DNA from: Nautiliaceae bacterium
Lineage (GTDB): Bacteria; Campylobacterota; Campylobacteria; Campylobacterales; Nautiliaceae
Reading direction: 5' to 3'
DNA length: 64,000 bases
NCBI GenBank assembly: GCA_039831155.1
Contig: JBDONT010000008.1
Coordinates: forward strand, 1 to 64,000
Position 1 is the stretch's first letter, and each line of letters begins with the position of its first letter. Positions 38,839 to 49,028 of the stretch are shown in pieces. The notes beneath the pieces were generated by a model. That model saw only the letters and a list, made by a program, of their open reading frames with translations. It was not told the origin of the DNA and did not search any database. A program made the translations under genes and the position numbers.

Positions 38839-39888
38839 CTACCTTATTTTTATTGAAAGTATAGCAATTAAATTCATAATTAGTGCAATAATCCAAAATC
38901 TAATTGTAATTTTATTTTCTTTCCAGTTTAAAAGTTCGAAATGATGATGAATGGGTGCCATTTTAAATACTCTTTTTCCTCTTGTTTTGTAACTTCCCAC
39001 TTGTAAAATTACGGATACGGTTTCTGCTATAAATACAAAACCTATTAAAATCAGTAAAATTTCGCTTTTTGCAATAATTGCCAAATAGCCGATAATAGCA
39101 CCTAAAGCCAAACTTCCACTATCTCCCATAAAAACCTCTGCCGGATGGGCGTTATACCATAAAAATCCAAGGAGTGTCCCTATGAGTGCGAAAGCTACTA
39201 TCGTAAGTTCTCCACTTCCTAGTTCAAAAGGAAAAAACAGATAATCGCTGAATTTGTAATTACCTATAATATATAAAAACACTGCTAAGGTAAAAAGAGA
39301 AAAAATAGAAGGTACCGTCGCAAGTCCGTCAAGGCCGTCTGTTAAATTTACGGAGTTACTCATCGAAACTATTATAAATGCCCAGAAAATAATCGCTAAA
39401 ACTCCCATATCAAAAACGGGGTGTTTGTAAAACGGAATATAAAGATGAGTATCAAACTTTAAAAGATAAAGTGAAATCGAAATTCCCAAAGCTCCTATCC
39501 ATTGAAAAATAAATTTCTGTTTTGCAGATAGTCCTTTTTGGTTTGATTTGCCAAGTACTTTTCCCAAATCGTCCACTATTCCAAGACACATAAAGTATAA
39601 AAGTGTAATAATCGCAAGTACTACGTACTGATTGATAGCGGTAGTTAGTAAAATGGAAATAACGGCACTTAAGATAAAAACGACTCCCCCCATTGTAGGG
39701 GCGTCTTTTTTTTGATGTTCTTGAGGAGCCAGTTCAAATATCGGCTGTTTGAATTTTTTGGCTATTTTTATAAATTTGGGCATTAAGGTTAGGGTAATTA
39801 AAAAAGATAAAAAAAATGCTACAATAGCACGGAAAGTCACGTAGTGAAAGATATTAATATGAAAGTGTTCATAAAAGTAGTATAACAT
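38839..39888 (-). CDS. mraY: phospho-N-acetylmuramoyl-pentapeptide transferase
   Basis: PTMGG, NLTDGLDGL, VFMGDSGS, MAPIHHHFE. Confidence 0.98.
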   Translation of the reverse strand: MLYYFYEHFHINIFHYVTFRAIVAFFLSFLITLTLMPKFIKIAKKFKQPIFELAPQEHQKKDAPTMGGVVFILSAVISILLTTAINQYVVLAIITLLYFMCLGIVDDLGKVLGKSNQKGLSAKQKFIFQWIGALGISISLYLLKFDTHLYIPFYKHPVFDMGVLAIIFWAFIIVSMSNSVNLTDGLDGLATVPSIFSLFTLAVFLYIIGNYKFSDYLFFPFELGSGELTIVAFALIGTLLGFLWYNAHPAEVFMGDSGSLALGAIIGYLAIIAKSEILLILIGFVFIAETVSVILQVGSYKTRGKRVFKMAPIHHHFELLNWKENKITIRFWIIALIMNLIAILSIKIR

Positions 39889-39954
39889 TATGTCCCTTTT
39901 TTAGGTAAAATTTTAACAAATAAATATGAAGATATAATGATAGAAGGAGAATAA

Positions 39955-40698
39955 ATGAAATTTAGTGGAAAAAATGTACTTATAACAGGTGCTAGCAGAG
40001 GTATTGGAGCCGAAATTGCAAGATATTTGGCAAAAGATGGGCTTAAAGTTTGGATTAACTATAGAAGTAACGCAGAACTTGCCGATAAATTAAAAGAAGA
40101 GATAGAAAGTAATGGAGGAAGTGCGGCTGTTATCGGGTTTGACGTAAGTGATGAAAAGGCTTTTATTGAGGCTGTTAAAACAATATTCGATAGTGATGGA
40201 GAACTTAGTTATCTTGTAAATAACGCCGGAATTACAAACGATAAACTTGCTATGAGAATGAGTGTTGAAGATTTTAAAAAAGTAATTGACGCAAACTTAA
40301 CTTCTACTTTTATCGGATGTAGAGAAGCACTAAAAGTTATGAGCAAAAAAAGATTCGGAGCTGTTGTAAATGTTGCAAGTGTTGTAGCAGAAGCCGGAAA
40401 CTTAGGACAGGCAAATTATGTTGCAAGTAAAGGTGGGGTTATTGCTATGACAAAAACTTTTGCTCTTGAAGGAGCACCGAGAAATATAAGATTTAACAGT
40501 GTAACTCCAGGGTTTATTGATACCGATATGACAAAAGATTTACCTCAAAAAGTAAAAGAAGAGATGCTTAAAAAAATCCCTCTAAAAAGATTCGCATCAC
40601 CAAAAGAAGTTGCAAGTGCCGTTGCGTTTTTACTTAGTGATGAGGCAAGTTATATTACAGGAGAGACGTTAAAAGTAAACGGTGGAATGTATATGTAA
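39955..40698 (+). CDS. fabG: 3-oxoacyl-ACP reductase
   Basis: TGASRGIG, NNAGIT, YVASK, PGFIDTDMT. Confidence 0.97.
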   Translation: MKFSGKNVLITGASRGIGAEIARYLAKDGLKVWINYRSNAELADKLKEEIESNGGSAAVIGFDVSDEKAFIEAVKTIFDSDGELSYLVNNAGITNDKLAMRMSVEDFKKVIDANLTSTFIGCREALKVMSKKRFGAVVNVASVVAEAGNLGQANYVASKGGVIAMTKTFALEGAPRNIRFNSVTPGFIDTDMTKDLPQKVKEEMLKKIPLKRFASPKEVASAVAFLLSDEASYITGETLKVNGGMYM

Positions 40699-40761
40699 TT
40701 TAAATTTTGAGAATTATAAAATTTTATGCTAAAATGGCAAAAACAAAAAAAAGGAGAGATA

Positions 40762-40995
40762 ATGGCATTATTTGATGAAGTAAAAGAAGTTATCGTTGAG
40801 CAGTTAAACGTAGATGAAAATGAAGTAAAACCGGAAGCTAACTTTGTAGAAGATTTGGGAGCTGACAGTTTAGACGTTGTTGAAATGGTAATGGCACTTG
40901 AAGAGAAATTCGGAATCGAGATTCCGGACAGTGACGCTGAAAATATCAAAACTGTTCAAGACGTAATCGATTATATCGAAAAAGCAAAATCTTAA
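40762..40995 (+). CDS. acpP: acyl carrier protein
   Basis: [14 protein letters not shown] at 40762 after AAGGAG. Confidence 0.98.
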   Translation: MALFDEVKEVIVEQLNVDENEVKPEANFVEDLGADSLDVVEMVMALEEKFGIEIPDSDAENIKTVQDVIDYIEKAKS

Positions 40996-41014
40996 TTTTT
41001 TTCCCTTCGGGGAT

Positions 41015-41078
41015 AAGATTTGAAGGTGTTAAGAAGTGAAGTTTTGCTTTTCATCTTAACATCTTCAAATCTTAACCT
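41015..41078. repeat. octamer tandem repeats forming a long hairpin between acpP and fabF
   Basis: AAGATTTG AAGGTGTT AAGAAGTG AAGTTTTG then CTTTTCAT CTTAACAT CTTCAAAT CTTAACCT; preceded by TCCC-TTCG-GGGA tetraloop hairpin (41002-41013). Confidence 0.8.
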
Positions 41079-41096
41079 CTAATAAAAAGGAAATTT

Positions 41097-42317
41097 ATGA
41101 GAGTTGTTGTAACCGGAATAGGTATGATAAATGCAGTAGGTCTTAATAAAGACGAAGCTTTTGAAAATGTAATTACTGGAAAAACAGGAATTGACAGAAT
41201 TACACATTTTAATCCGGAAGGTTTCGGGTCTCAAATCGCAGGAGAAGTAAAAGGTTTTGACCCAAAAACAGTAATGGACCCAAAAGATGTGAAAAAGGCT
41301 GATAGATTTATTCATTTAGGAATTGCAGCTGCAAAAGAAGCAATGGCTGATAGCGGTCTTAGTGAATATGACGGAAATAGATTCGGTATTTCTGCCGCAA
41401 GTGGAATAGGAGGACTTCCAAATATTCAAAAAAACGCTGTAATTTGCGAAACGAGAGGTCCTAGAAGAATATCTCCGTTTTTTATTCCGAGTGCACTTGT
41501 AAATATGCTGGGTGGATTTGTTTCAATTGAATACAGTCTTAAAGGTCCTAACTTATCAAGCGTAACTGCTTGTGCCGCAGGTACTCATGCTATAAATGAA
41601 GCTTTTAAAACCATTAAACTAGGTCTTGCAGATAAAATGATGGTAGTAGCCGGAGAATCTGCTATATGTGAAATCGGAGTTGGTGGGTTTGCCGCTATGA
41701 AAGCCTTATCTACCAGAAACGACGACCCGACACATGCAAGTAGACCTTTTGATGCAAAAAGAGACGGATTTGTAATGGGTGAGGGTGGAGCTTGTTTAAT
41801 ACTTGAAAAATATGAAGACGCAGTTGCTAGAGGAGCTAAAATTTACGCTGAAATTATAGGAATAGGTGAGAGTGGAGATGCTAACCATATAACAACTCCT
41901 GCACCGGAAGGTGAAGGAGCTTACAGAGCTATGAAAATGGCTTATGAGATGGCAGGAAGTCCTAAAATAGATTATATTAACGCTCACGGAACTTCAACAA
42001 AATATAATGATATGTATGAGACTATGGCTATTAAAAAGCTATTCGGAAGTAAAGAAAACTGTCCACCGGTAAGTTCTACAAAAGGTGCGACAGGGCACTG
42101 TCTTGGAGCTGCCGGAACGATTGAAGCTGTTATTACTCTTATGGCAATGGAAAGAAACATTATGCCGCCTACTATTAATTATGAAGAACCGGATCCGGAT
42201 TGTGATTTGGATTATGTTCCGAATAAAGCTAGAGAAGCTGAAATTAATGTAGCAATGAGTAACTCATTCGGATTTGGTGGAACAAACGGAGTTGTAATAT
42301 TTAAAAAAGTAAAATAA
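41097..42317 (+). CDS. fabF: beta-ketoacyl-ACP synthase II
   Basis: TACAAG, NAHGTST, GHCLGAAG, NSFGFGG. Confidence 0.97.
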   Translation: MRVVVTGIGMINAVGLNKDEAFENVITGKTGIDRITHFNPEGFGSQIAGEVKGFDPKTVMDPKDVKKADRFIHLGIAAAKEAMADSGLSEYDGNRFGISAASGIGGLPNIQKNAVICETRGPRRISPFFIPSALVNMLGGFVSIEYSLKGPNLSSVTACAAGTHAINEAFKTIKLGLADKMMVVAGESAICEIGVGGFAAMKALSTRNDDPTHASRPFDAKRDGFVMGEGGACLILEKYEDAVARGAKIYAEIIGIGESGDANHITTPAPEGEGAYRAMKMAYEMAGSPKIDYINAHGTSTKYNDMYETMAIKKLFGSKENCPPVSSTKGATGHCLGAAGTIEAVITLMAMERNIMPPTINYEEPDPDCDLDYVPNKAREAEINVAMSNSFGFGGTNGVVIFKKVK

Positions 42318-42326
42318 AGGTAAACT

Positions 42327-43259
42327 TTGGCAGTACTTGATTTTGAAAAAAAACTACAAGAAATTAAAGAACAAATAGAAGTCGCTAAAATAAAAGGCGA
42401 CTCTCACGCTGTTTCTGCTTTAGAAGAGGAACTTAAAAAAGAGATAGAAAAGACATTTAAAAACTTAACTCCTTATCAAAAACTTCTTCTTGCCCGTCAT
42501 CCCGACAGACCTCACGCTATTGATATTATAGATTTGATAATGGATGAGAAGATAGAGCTACACGGAGATAGAGAATTTAGAGATGATGAGTCTATTGTCT
42601 GCTATATAGGGATGATAGGTGATGAAAAATGTGTAGTTATAGGAGAGGAAAAGGGTAGAAATACAAAAGAAAAACTAAAAAGAAACTTCGGTATGCCACA
42701 TCCGGAAGGCTATAGAAAAGCTTTGCGTGTTGCAAAATTGGCTGAAAAATTTGATTTACCGATTCTGTTTTTAGTAGATACTCCGGGGGCGTTTCCTGGA
42801 ATTGGTGCGGAAGAGAGAGGACAAAGCGAAGCAATTGCAAGAAACTTATTTGAACTCTCACGCATAAAAACTCCAACCGTTTCGATTGTTATAGGAGAAG
42901 GTGGAAGTGGTGGAGCGTTGGCTATTGGGATTGCCGATAAGTTTGCTATGCTTAAATATTCGGTTTTTAGTGTAATTTCACCTGAAGGTTGTGCCGCAAT
43001 TTTATGGGGGGATAATTCAAAAGCGGAAACTGCCACAAAAGCTCTTAAAATTTCAGCAGAGGAACTTAAAGAGCTAGGACTCATAGATGATATTATAGAT
43101 GAACCACTTGAAGGAGCTCATAGAGATTATGAGACGACTGCAAATAATATAAAAAACTATTTCCTAAACCAAGTAAAAAAACTAAAAGAACTCCCAAAAG
43201 AAGAACTTCTACAAAAAAGGTTTGAAAAATATTTAAACTATGGAAGTTTTGAGGAATAA
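42327..43259 (+). CDS. accA: acetyl-CoA carboxylase carboxyltransferase alpha
   Basis: [28 protein letters not shown]. Confidence 0.98.
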   Translation: MAVLDFEKKLQEIKEQIEVAKIKGDSHAVSALEEELKKEIEKTFKNLTPYQKLLLARHPDRPHAIDIIDLIMDEKIELHGDREFRDDESIVCYIGMIGDEKCVVIGEEKGRNTKEKLKRNFGMPHPEGYRKALRVAKLAEKFDLPILFLVDTPGAFPGIGAEERGQSEAIARNLFELSRIKTPTVSIVIGEGGSGGALAIGIADKFAMLKYSVFSVISPEGCAAILWGDNSKAETATKALKISAEELKELGLIDDIIDEPLEGAHRDYETTANNIKNYFLNQVKKLKELPKEELLQKRFEKYLNYGSFEE

Positions 43260-43267
43260 TCTCCTCT

Positions 43268-43288
43268 TTTCATTAACATTTCATTAAC
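43268..43288 (+). promoter_or_regulatory. 11-bp-period direct repeat, candidate OmpR-family binding site
   Basis: TTTCATTAAC-A-TTTCATTAAC just upstream of a TATATT -10-like hexamer and the 43319 gene. Confidence 0.5.
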
Positions 43289-43318
43289 TTTTTGTTGTTA
43301 TATTAAAAAGGAGTGCTT

Positions 43319-43627
43319 ATGCAAGTTTCAAGCAATATCCAAATGAAAAGTATGCAACAAATGCATTAAATGAACGGACAAGGTGGAGGCCAAGGTAAAG
43401 GTATGGGCAGAGTTATGCAAAGTCTCACACCTGACCAAAGACAAGAGATTTCTTCGCAACTACAATCTTTGTTTCAAGATGATAGGAAAAACATTGTAGA
43501 CCAAATCAAACAATTAGACCCTACTAGTATCTCCCAAGATGATTTGTTTCAATCTATTCAAGATATCTGAAATCCTCAAAAGGATACAACTATCGCTTCA
43601 ACTTCGGCTGCAGATTTTTACGCTTGA
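43319..43627 (+). pseudogene. small Gln/Gly/Met-rich hypothetical protein with two in-frame stops
   Basis: RBS AAGGAG, ATG 43319 MQVSSNIQMKSMQQMH, TAA 43367, MNGQGGG...QDI, TGA 43568, NPQKD...DFYA, final TGA ending 43627; all one frame. Confidence 0.7.
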
Positions 43628-46422
43628 AGTTCTTTTGCTAAAAATCTAGCCGTATAACTTATGTCGGTAAAGTTTTTTGCTACCTCTTCCACATTTCCGG
43701 TGGCGATAACTTTACCACCACCACTTCCACCTTCCGGTCCCATATCTATGATGTAGTCTGCATTTTTGATAAAATCCAGGTTATGTTCGATTACTATTAC
43801 GCTGTTTCCAAGGTCAACTAAATGTTGAAGTACTTGTACCAATCTGTCTATATCTGCAAAATGAAGACCGGTTGTAGGTTCGTCTAAAATATATAGAGTG
43901 TTGCCGGTGTCTCTACGACTTAATTCTTTTGCAAGTTTTATTCTTTGAGCTTCACCTCCACTAAGGGTTGTTGCGTTTTGTCCAAGGGTTATATATCCAA
44001 GCCCTACGTCTTTTAGGGTTTTCAGTTTAGCTTTAATTTTTGGGATTTTTTTAAAAAATTCATATGCCTCATCCACACTCATCTCCAAAACATCTGCAAT
44101 TGATTTGCCTTTGTATTTAATCTCAAGAGTTTGTTCGTTGTATCTTTTTCCTCTACACGCTTCACACGTTACCATTACATCCGGCAGGAAGTGCATTTCT
44201 ATTTTTATTTGCCCCTCACCCTTACAAACTTCACATCTTCCCCCTTTGACGTTAAAGCTGAATCTCCCGGGAGTGTAGCCTCTAAGCTGGGCTTCCGGTG
44301 TGTTTGCAAATAGATTTCTTATATCGTCAAATACTCCCGTATAGGTTGCCGGATTTGAGCGAGGGGTTCTTCCTATTGGACTTTGGTCAAGGTAAATTAC
44401 TTTATCAAGTTGTTTTAGTCCCGTGATTTCCACGCCTTTTACTTTTTGGATTTTATGGGCGTGATTTAGGATTTCTCTTGCTACGGGAAGTAGAGTTTGT
44501 AAAATAAGGCTGCTTTTTCCACTTCCACTAACCCCTGTTACGCACACAAGGTTTCTTAGAGGTATTTTTACGTTTAGATTTTTAATATTATGGATATTTA
44601 CGTTTTTGATTTCAATCCATTCGTTTTGAGGACGGTTTTTTCTATAATTTATGTCTTTTTCTCTTCTTATGTATTTTGCAGTTTCTGTATCGGAGTTTAA
44701 TAACTCTTTTACATTTCCGGCAAATACAACTTCTCCTCCGAATTTTCCGGCCCCTGGACCGATATCCACTATATAATCTGCATTTAAAATCGTTTCTCTG
44801 TCGTGTTCGACTACAATAACGGTGTTGCCTTTGTTTTTTAAGTTTTTTAGGGTGTTTATAAGTTTTAATGTATCTCTTTCGTGAAGTCCGATACTTGGCT
44901 CATCAAGTACGTACATAACGCCTGTTAGTCCGCTTCCGATTTGAGAAGCTATTCTAATTCTTTGTGATTCGCCCCCACTAATCGTTCTTGCGTCTCTGTG
45001 AAGTGTAAGATATCCAAGTCCCACATCTACTAAGAAAAAGAGTCTCTCGCGAATCTCTTTTAAAATCGGTTCCGCTATTTTTTTCTCTTGTTTTGTCAAA
45101 TGTGAAAAGTTATTTTCGTTGCTAAAAAATTTATACGCCTCTTCAATTGGCATTGAGATAACTTCTGCAATGGTTTTTCCTGCAACTTTTACAGCCAGGC
45201 TTTCCGGTTTTAGCCTAAATCCTTTACAACTAGGACATACGCTCTCACTCATAATTTCATTCATATCTTCGTCTTTGTATAAATCAAGGGCAATTTGTCT
45301 AAGTCCCGGCCATCTTTTAGAGATTTTATGTTTTGCGTATTCAAATTCTATTTCATACGCCGTTCCGTTTAAAATAATCTTTTTTTGAAGTTCGTCTAGT
45401 TCGTAAAAGCTTTTATTCATATCTATATCAAGTTCTAGGCAGAGTGCTTTGAAAAACTCTTGATAATATTTTTTATTAAATCCCCAAATAAGTGGAATTG
45501 CACCTTTATTTAGAGGTTTGTCTTTTATTACTTTTTCCAGATCAAGAGTATAGGTAACTCCAAGCCCGTCACACTTAGGACACGCACCTTTTGGAGAGTT
45601 AAAAGAAAACGCAAGAGGTTCAAGCTCTTCAAAACTTACCTTACAATCAAAACACGCCATATGTTCTGAATAGTGTATAAAATCACTTTCAAGTTCAAGC
45701 TCTTTTGCGTTTAATATCTCTATTTCAACTTCTCCAAAACTTTTATTCAAAGCCTTTTCTACGGCTTCGGCGATTCTTGCTTTATTTTCTTCTTTTATTA
45801 TGACTCTATCGATTACGGCTTTAATGGTGTGTTTTTTTGTTTTTTTAAGCTCAATCTCTTCATCAAGCCTTACGACTACGCCGTCTATATAAGCTCTTAT
45901 TATTCCTTCTTGTCTTAATTTTTCAAGTAAATCCTGAAATTCACCTTTTTTTTCTTTGATTAAAGGAGCGTAAATTATAACTTTTGCACCAATCGGCAGT
46001 TTTAAAACTTCGTTTATAATATCTTGTGGGGTCATTTGGGTAATTTCTTTGCCGCAAAGATGGCAGTGTTGAGTACCTATTCTTGCGTATAAAAGTCTTA
46101 AATAATCATATATTTCAGTAACGGTCCCTACTGTTGAGCGAGGGTTTTTTGAAGTGGTTTTTTGGTCTATCGCGATTGCCGGTGTTAAGCCTTCTATTTT
46201 ATCAACTTCCGGTTTTCCTGTTTTTTGTAAGAATTGTCTTGCATAACTTGATAAGCTCTCAATATATCTTCTTTGACCTTCTGCGTATAGGGTATCAAAA
46301 GCCAATGTACTTTTACCACTTCCACTAAGTCCCGTAAAAACAACTAAAGAATTTTTCGGTATTTCAAGGTTTATATTTTTTAAGTTGTTTTCTCTAGCCC
46401 CTATGATTTTTATTTTATCCAT
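43618..46422 (-). CDS. uvrA: excinuclease ABC subunit A
   Basis: Two Walker A motifs (GLSGSGKS, GVSGSGKS), zinc fingers, LSGGEAQR. Confidence 0.99.
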   Translation of the reverse strand: MDKIKIIGARENNLKNINLEIPKNSLVVFTGLSGSGKSTLAFDTLYAEGQRRYIESLSSYARQFLQKTGKPEVDKIEGLTPAIAIDQKTTSKNPRSTVGTVTEIYDYLRLLYARIGTQHCHLCGKEITQMTPQDIINEVLKLPIGAKVIIYAPLIKEKKGEFQDLLEKLRQEGIIRAYIDGVVVRLDEEIELKKTKKHTIKAVIDRVIIKEENKARIAEAVEKALNKSFGEVEIEILNAKELELESDFIHYSEHMACFDCKVSFEELEPLAFSFNSPKGACPKCDGLGVTYTLDLEKVIKDKPLNKGAIPLIWGFNKKYYQEFFKALCLELDIDMNKSFYELDELQKKIILNGTAYEIEFEYAKHKISKRWPGLRQIALDLYKDEDMNEIMSESVCPSCKGFRLKPESLAVKVAGKTIAEVISMPIEEAYKFFSNENNFSHLTKQEKKIAEPILKEIRERLFFLVDVGLGYLTLHRDARTISGGESQRIRIASQIGSGLTGVMYVLDEPSIGLHERDTLKLINTLKNLKNKGNTVIVVEHDRETILNADYIVDIGPGAGKFGGEVVFAGNVKELLNSDTETAKYIRREKDINYRKNRPQNEWIEIKNVNIHNIKNLNVKIPLRNLVCVTGVSGSGKSSLILQTLLPVAREILNHAHKIQKVKGVEITGLKQLDKVIYLDQSPIGRTPRSNPATYTGVFDDIRNLFANTPEAQLRGYTPGRFSFNVKGGRCEVCKGEGQIKIEMHFLPDVMVTCEACRGKRYNEQTLEIKYKGKSIADVLEMSVDEAYEFFKKIPKIKAKLKTLKDVGLGYITLGQNATTLSGGEAQRIKLAKELSRRDTGNTLYILDEPTTGLHFADIDRLVQVLQHLVDLGNSVIVIEHNLDFIKNADYIIDMGPEGGSGGGKVIATGNVEEVAKNFTDISYTARFLAKELQA

Positions 46423-46523
46423 TTACGCTCCTTAGATTTAGTCGCGTATTATAGCAAATTTTAAGGAAAGTTTAAGAAAAGAAGCCTTTTTATTGGATAA
46501 AATTTGTTATTTAAAGGAAGCAA

Positions 46524-47135
46524 ATGAAGATAGTACAAATAGGAGAATTTTATAAAAAAGGGACTTTTTACAAAAAAGAGTTGGCTTTAATTAAAAAAGA
46601 GAAAAAATTTAACGGAGCGGCTTATATAGTAAAAAAAATATTTTTTAATACCGTTTTTGTAATAAAAACTGATTTTGCAACGGTTAGGATGTTGAGAAAA
46701 GAAGGGTTTAAACCGAATGTTTTAAGTGTGAGTGGGGTTTTGTATTATAAAGATTCTCTTTTATTGCATAAACGTTCTTTAAATTCCGATACTTATCCCG
46801 GGTATTTTCATCTTTTCGGAGGAGGAGTTGAGAGTTTTGATGTGTTTAAAGATATAAAAAGGGAAATTTTAGAAGAGAGCGGTTTGAGGGCTGAATGTAA
46901 AAAAATAGGTCTTTATTTCGAAGAAACTGGAATTATCAGTATTATTTTTAAATGTAAAGGAAAGGGAGAAATAAAGTCCAATTGGGAAGGAGAAATTTAT
47001 AAAATAAAAAATTTAAAAGGTTTAAAGTTAACTCCTATGGCAGAGTGGGTTTTAAAACTCAATAGCCCATATCGCAAAGAAAAACACCATCATTTCACTA
47101 ATGTAGAGTTTCCATTTAGGTTGAGGTTTTTGTAA
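46524..47135 (+). CDS. NUDIX hydrolase
   Basis: LLHKRS..TYPG..FGGGVE...REILEESGL. Confidence 0.8.
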   Translation: MKIVQIGEFYKKGTFYKKELALIKKEKKFNGAAYIVKKIFFNTVFVIKTDFATVRMLRKEGFKPNVLSVSGVLYYKDSLLLHKRSLNSDTYPGYFHLFGGGVESFDVFKDIKREILEESGLRAECKKIGLYFEETGIISIIFKCKGKGEIKSNWEGEIYKIKNLKGLKLTPMAEWVLKLNSPYRKEKHHHFTNVEFPFRLRFL

Positions 47136-47501
47136 TTCGCTTTTTATTTGTTGATATTCGCTATAAGTTAGAGTTGAAAATATCCTTTTTATAACTACGT
47201 CTATGTAAGCGTCTTTGTCGTCGGTTTTGAGTGCTATGAATATGTGTCTGTATACCATATAAAGTTCAATCATCGCAATAAAAATTAAAGTAATATCCAC
47301 TACTTGTAAGGTAATTATCTGTATTAAAATAATTTCGAATATGTAAAAAATAATAACGTAACCTAAAAGAGGGTAGTGGTTTTTTAGGTAGTAAAGAGCG
47401 AAGAGTTTATCGGCTGCGGATTTGATTTGAAATTTTTCTAAAGTGTAAATTCTAAAAGCGATTAAACAAGTTATAATAGTTTCTACTAAAAGTTTATCCA
47501 T
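47052..47501 (-). CDS. hypothetical membrane protein
   Basis: Several hydrophobic segments; ATG overlaps the upstream TauE stop (TAATG). Confidence 0.65.
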   Translation of the reverse strand: MDKLLVETIITCLIAFRIYTLEKFQIKSAADKLFALYYLKNHYPLLGYVIIFYIFEIILIQIITLQVVDITLIFIAMIELYMVYRHIFIALKTDDKDAYIDVVIKRIFSTLTYSEYQQIKSELQKPQPKWKLYISEMMVFFFAIWAIEF

Positions 47502-48241
47502 TAGTGTCCTTGAAAATAGAGTTTGTAAGTTGTCGCACAAAATACGAATATATACCAGATAAGCAGCAGTTTTTTATGGTAAATAGGGTTTATTTTGTGA
47601 TAGAGTTTAATTCCGAAATAAGTTCCTATAAGAGAAGCTATACCAATTGTAAATCCTTTGGTATAATCGATATGTCCTGCTATACTTTGGGATATAAATC
47701 CGGAAATTGAAGAAAACACCACAAAAAAGAGACTTAAACTAACAGTCGTTTTGAGACGGTATTTTAAAAATCCTACTAAAATGGGAGTTATTAAAATAGC
47801 TCCTCCCACTCCTACGCTTATTGCTATTAATCCGACAAAAAACCCGATGAAAAAGAGTTTTTTATTATCAATCGGTGGTTCTTCTTTAGGTTCCGGGACC
47901 GTTATGAAAAATCTTATAATGGCAATTAAAACAAGTGTTAAAAATATAGCTCCTAAAATTTCTTTGGGAGCGTATTTGACTATAATACCGCTTAAACTGG
48001 CACCTATCGCTCCGCCTATTGCGAGAGATAAGCCGTTTTTTATTTTTAAAAGCCCTTTTTTGTAGTTTAAATAAGACCCGTAAACGGAACTTAGCATCAT
48101 TTGAGTTACGCTAATTCCTATGGCTTCTTTGAAATTAAACCCCAAAAACAGCAATATAGGCACAAGTACCGTCCCTCCACCTATGCCGAAAAAACCCGAC
48201 GCAAATCCTACGAATATGCCTATTATAATTGCACTTATCAA
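47501..48241 (-). CDS. TauE/SafE (TSUP) family sulfite exporter
   Basis: GFFGIGGGTVLVP and repeated GVGGAILITP; multiple TM helices. Confidence 0.92.
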   Translation of the reverse strand: MISAIIIGIFVGFASGFFGIGGGTVLVPILLFLGFNFKEAIGISVTQMMLSSVYGSYLNYKKGLLKIKNGLSLAIGGAIGASLSGIIVKYAPKEILGAIFLTLVLIAIIRFFITVPEPKEEPPIDNKKLFFIGFFVGLIAISVGVGGAILITPILVGFLKYRLKTTVSLSLFFVVFSSISGFISQSIAGHIDYTKGFTIGIASLIGTYFGIKLYHKINPIYHKKLLLIWYIFVFCATTYKLYFQGH

Positions 48242-48296
48242 AACGTACCTTTTTTGATAAAATTATATCATAGTAAAAATTGGAAAAAGGATTTTG

Positions 48297-48698
48297 ATGT
48301 TTAATACAGTAAAAGAGGCGGTTAACAACTTCGTAAATTCCATAGAGGCGAAAACGACAGAGTGTAACGAAAAACCAAAAGAAGGGTTTGTAAGTAAAAT
48401 TTCTGTCAGTGGAGATGAGAATTACGATATTTATATCGTTTTGCCACACGAAAAGTTAAGTTATATAGCCAATTACTATTTCGGGGATGATAATTATGAT
48501 GTAGAAGATTTGACAAAAGAGATAGCAAATCAGATTATAGGAAACGCTAAAATAATAGCTGCTAAAAAAAATAAAAATTTTGATATTTCAATTCCCGAAT
48601 ATTTGGGAGAATATAAAAACGATATAGAGTATGACGATATGCTTTCTTTTAAATTTAACGGAGATAAATGTTTTTATATTCTGTTTAAAGGAAAGTAG
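48297..48698 (+). CDS. CheX-like protein upstream of fliN
   Basis: DLTKEIANQIIGNAK...FDISIP (ExxN motif). Confidence 0.75.
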   Translation: MFNTVKEAVNNFVNSIEAKTTECNEKPKEGFVSKISVSGDENYDIYIVLPHEKLSYIANYYFGDDNYDVEDLTKEIANQIIGNAKIIAAKKNKNFDISIPEYLGEYKNDIEYDDMLSFKFNGDKCFYILFKGK

Positions 48699-49019
48699 AT
48701 GAGTGAAGAGAAAAAAACGGATTCTTTAGAGGATGATATAGAAGAGTTTATTCCCGATTATTCGAATCTACTTGATACCGAGGTTTTGTTTGAGAGTGAT
48801 TTAGGAAGGGTTGATATAACGTTAAGAGAGATTTTAGCCCTTCAAAAAGGAAGCGTTATAGATTTGCAAAAACCCGAAGGTGAGAGTGCCGAAGTTTACA
48901 TAAACGGAAGAATTATCGGAAAAGGCGAGGTTATGGTGTATGAGAAGAATTTGGCTATAAGGTTAAATGAAGTTCTTGATGCCAACCAGCTTATTTATTA
49001 TTTAACCAAAGAGCATTAA
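48699..49019 (+). CDS. fliN: flagellar motor switch protein FliN
   Basis: GSVIDLQKPEGES..INGRIIGKGEVMVYEKNLAIR (SpoA domain). Confidence 0.93.
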   Translation: MSEEKKTDSLEDDIEEFIPDYSNLLDTEVLFESDLGRVDITLREILALQKGSVIDLQKPEGESAEVYINGRIIGKGEVMVYEKNLAIRLNEVLDANQLIYYLTKEH

Positions 49020-49028
49020 GGAGTATTT

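Noticed and set aside
43568..43570. In-frame TGA as selenocysteine
   Set aside because: The same frame also has a TAA stop, there is no redox motif and no evident SECIS hairpin; pseudogenisation is simpler
48270..48296. Sigma-54 promoter upstream of cheX-fliN (TTGGAA...)
   Set aside because: No GC at the required -12 spacing
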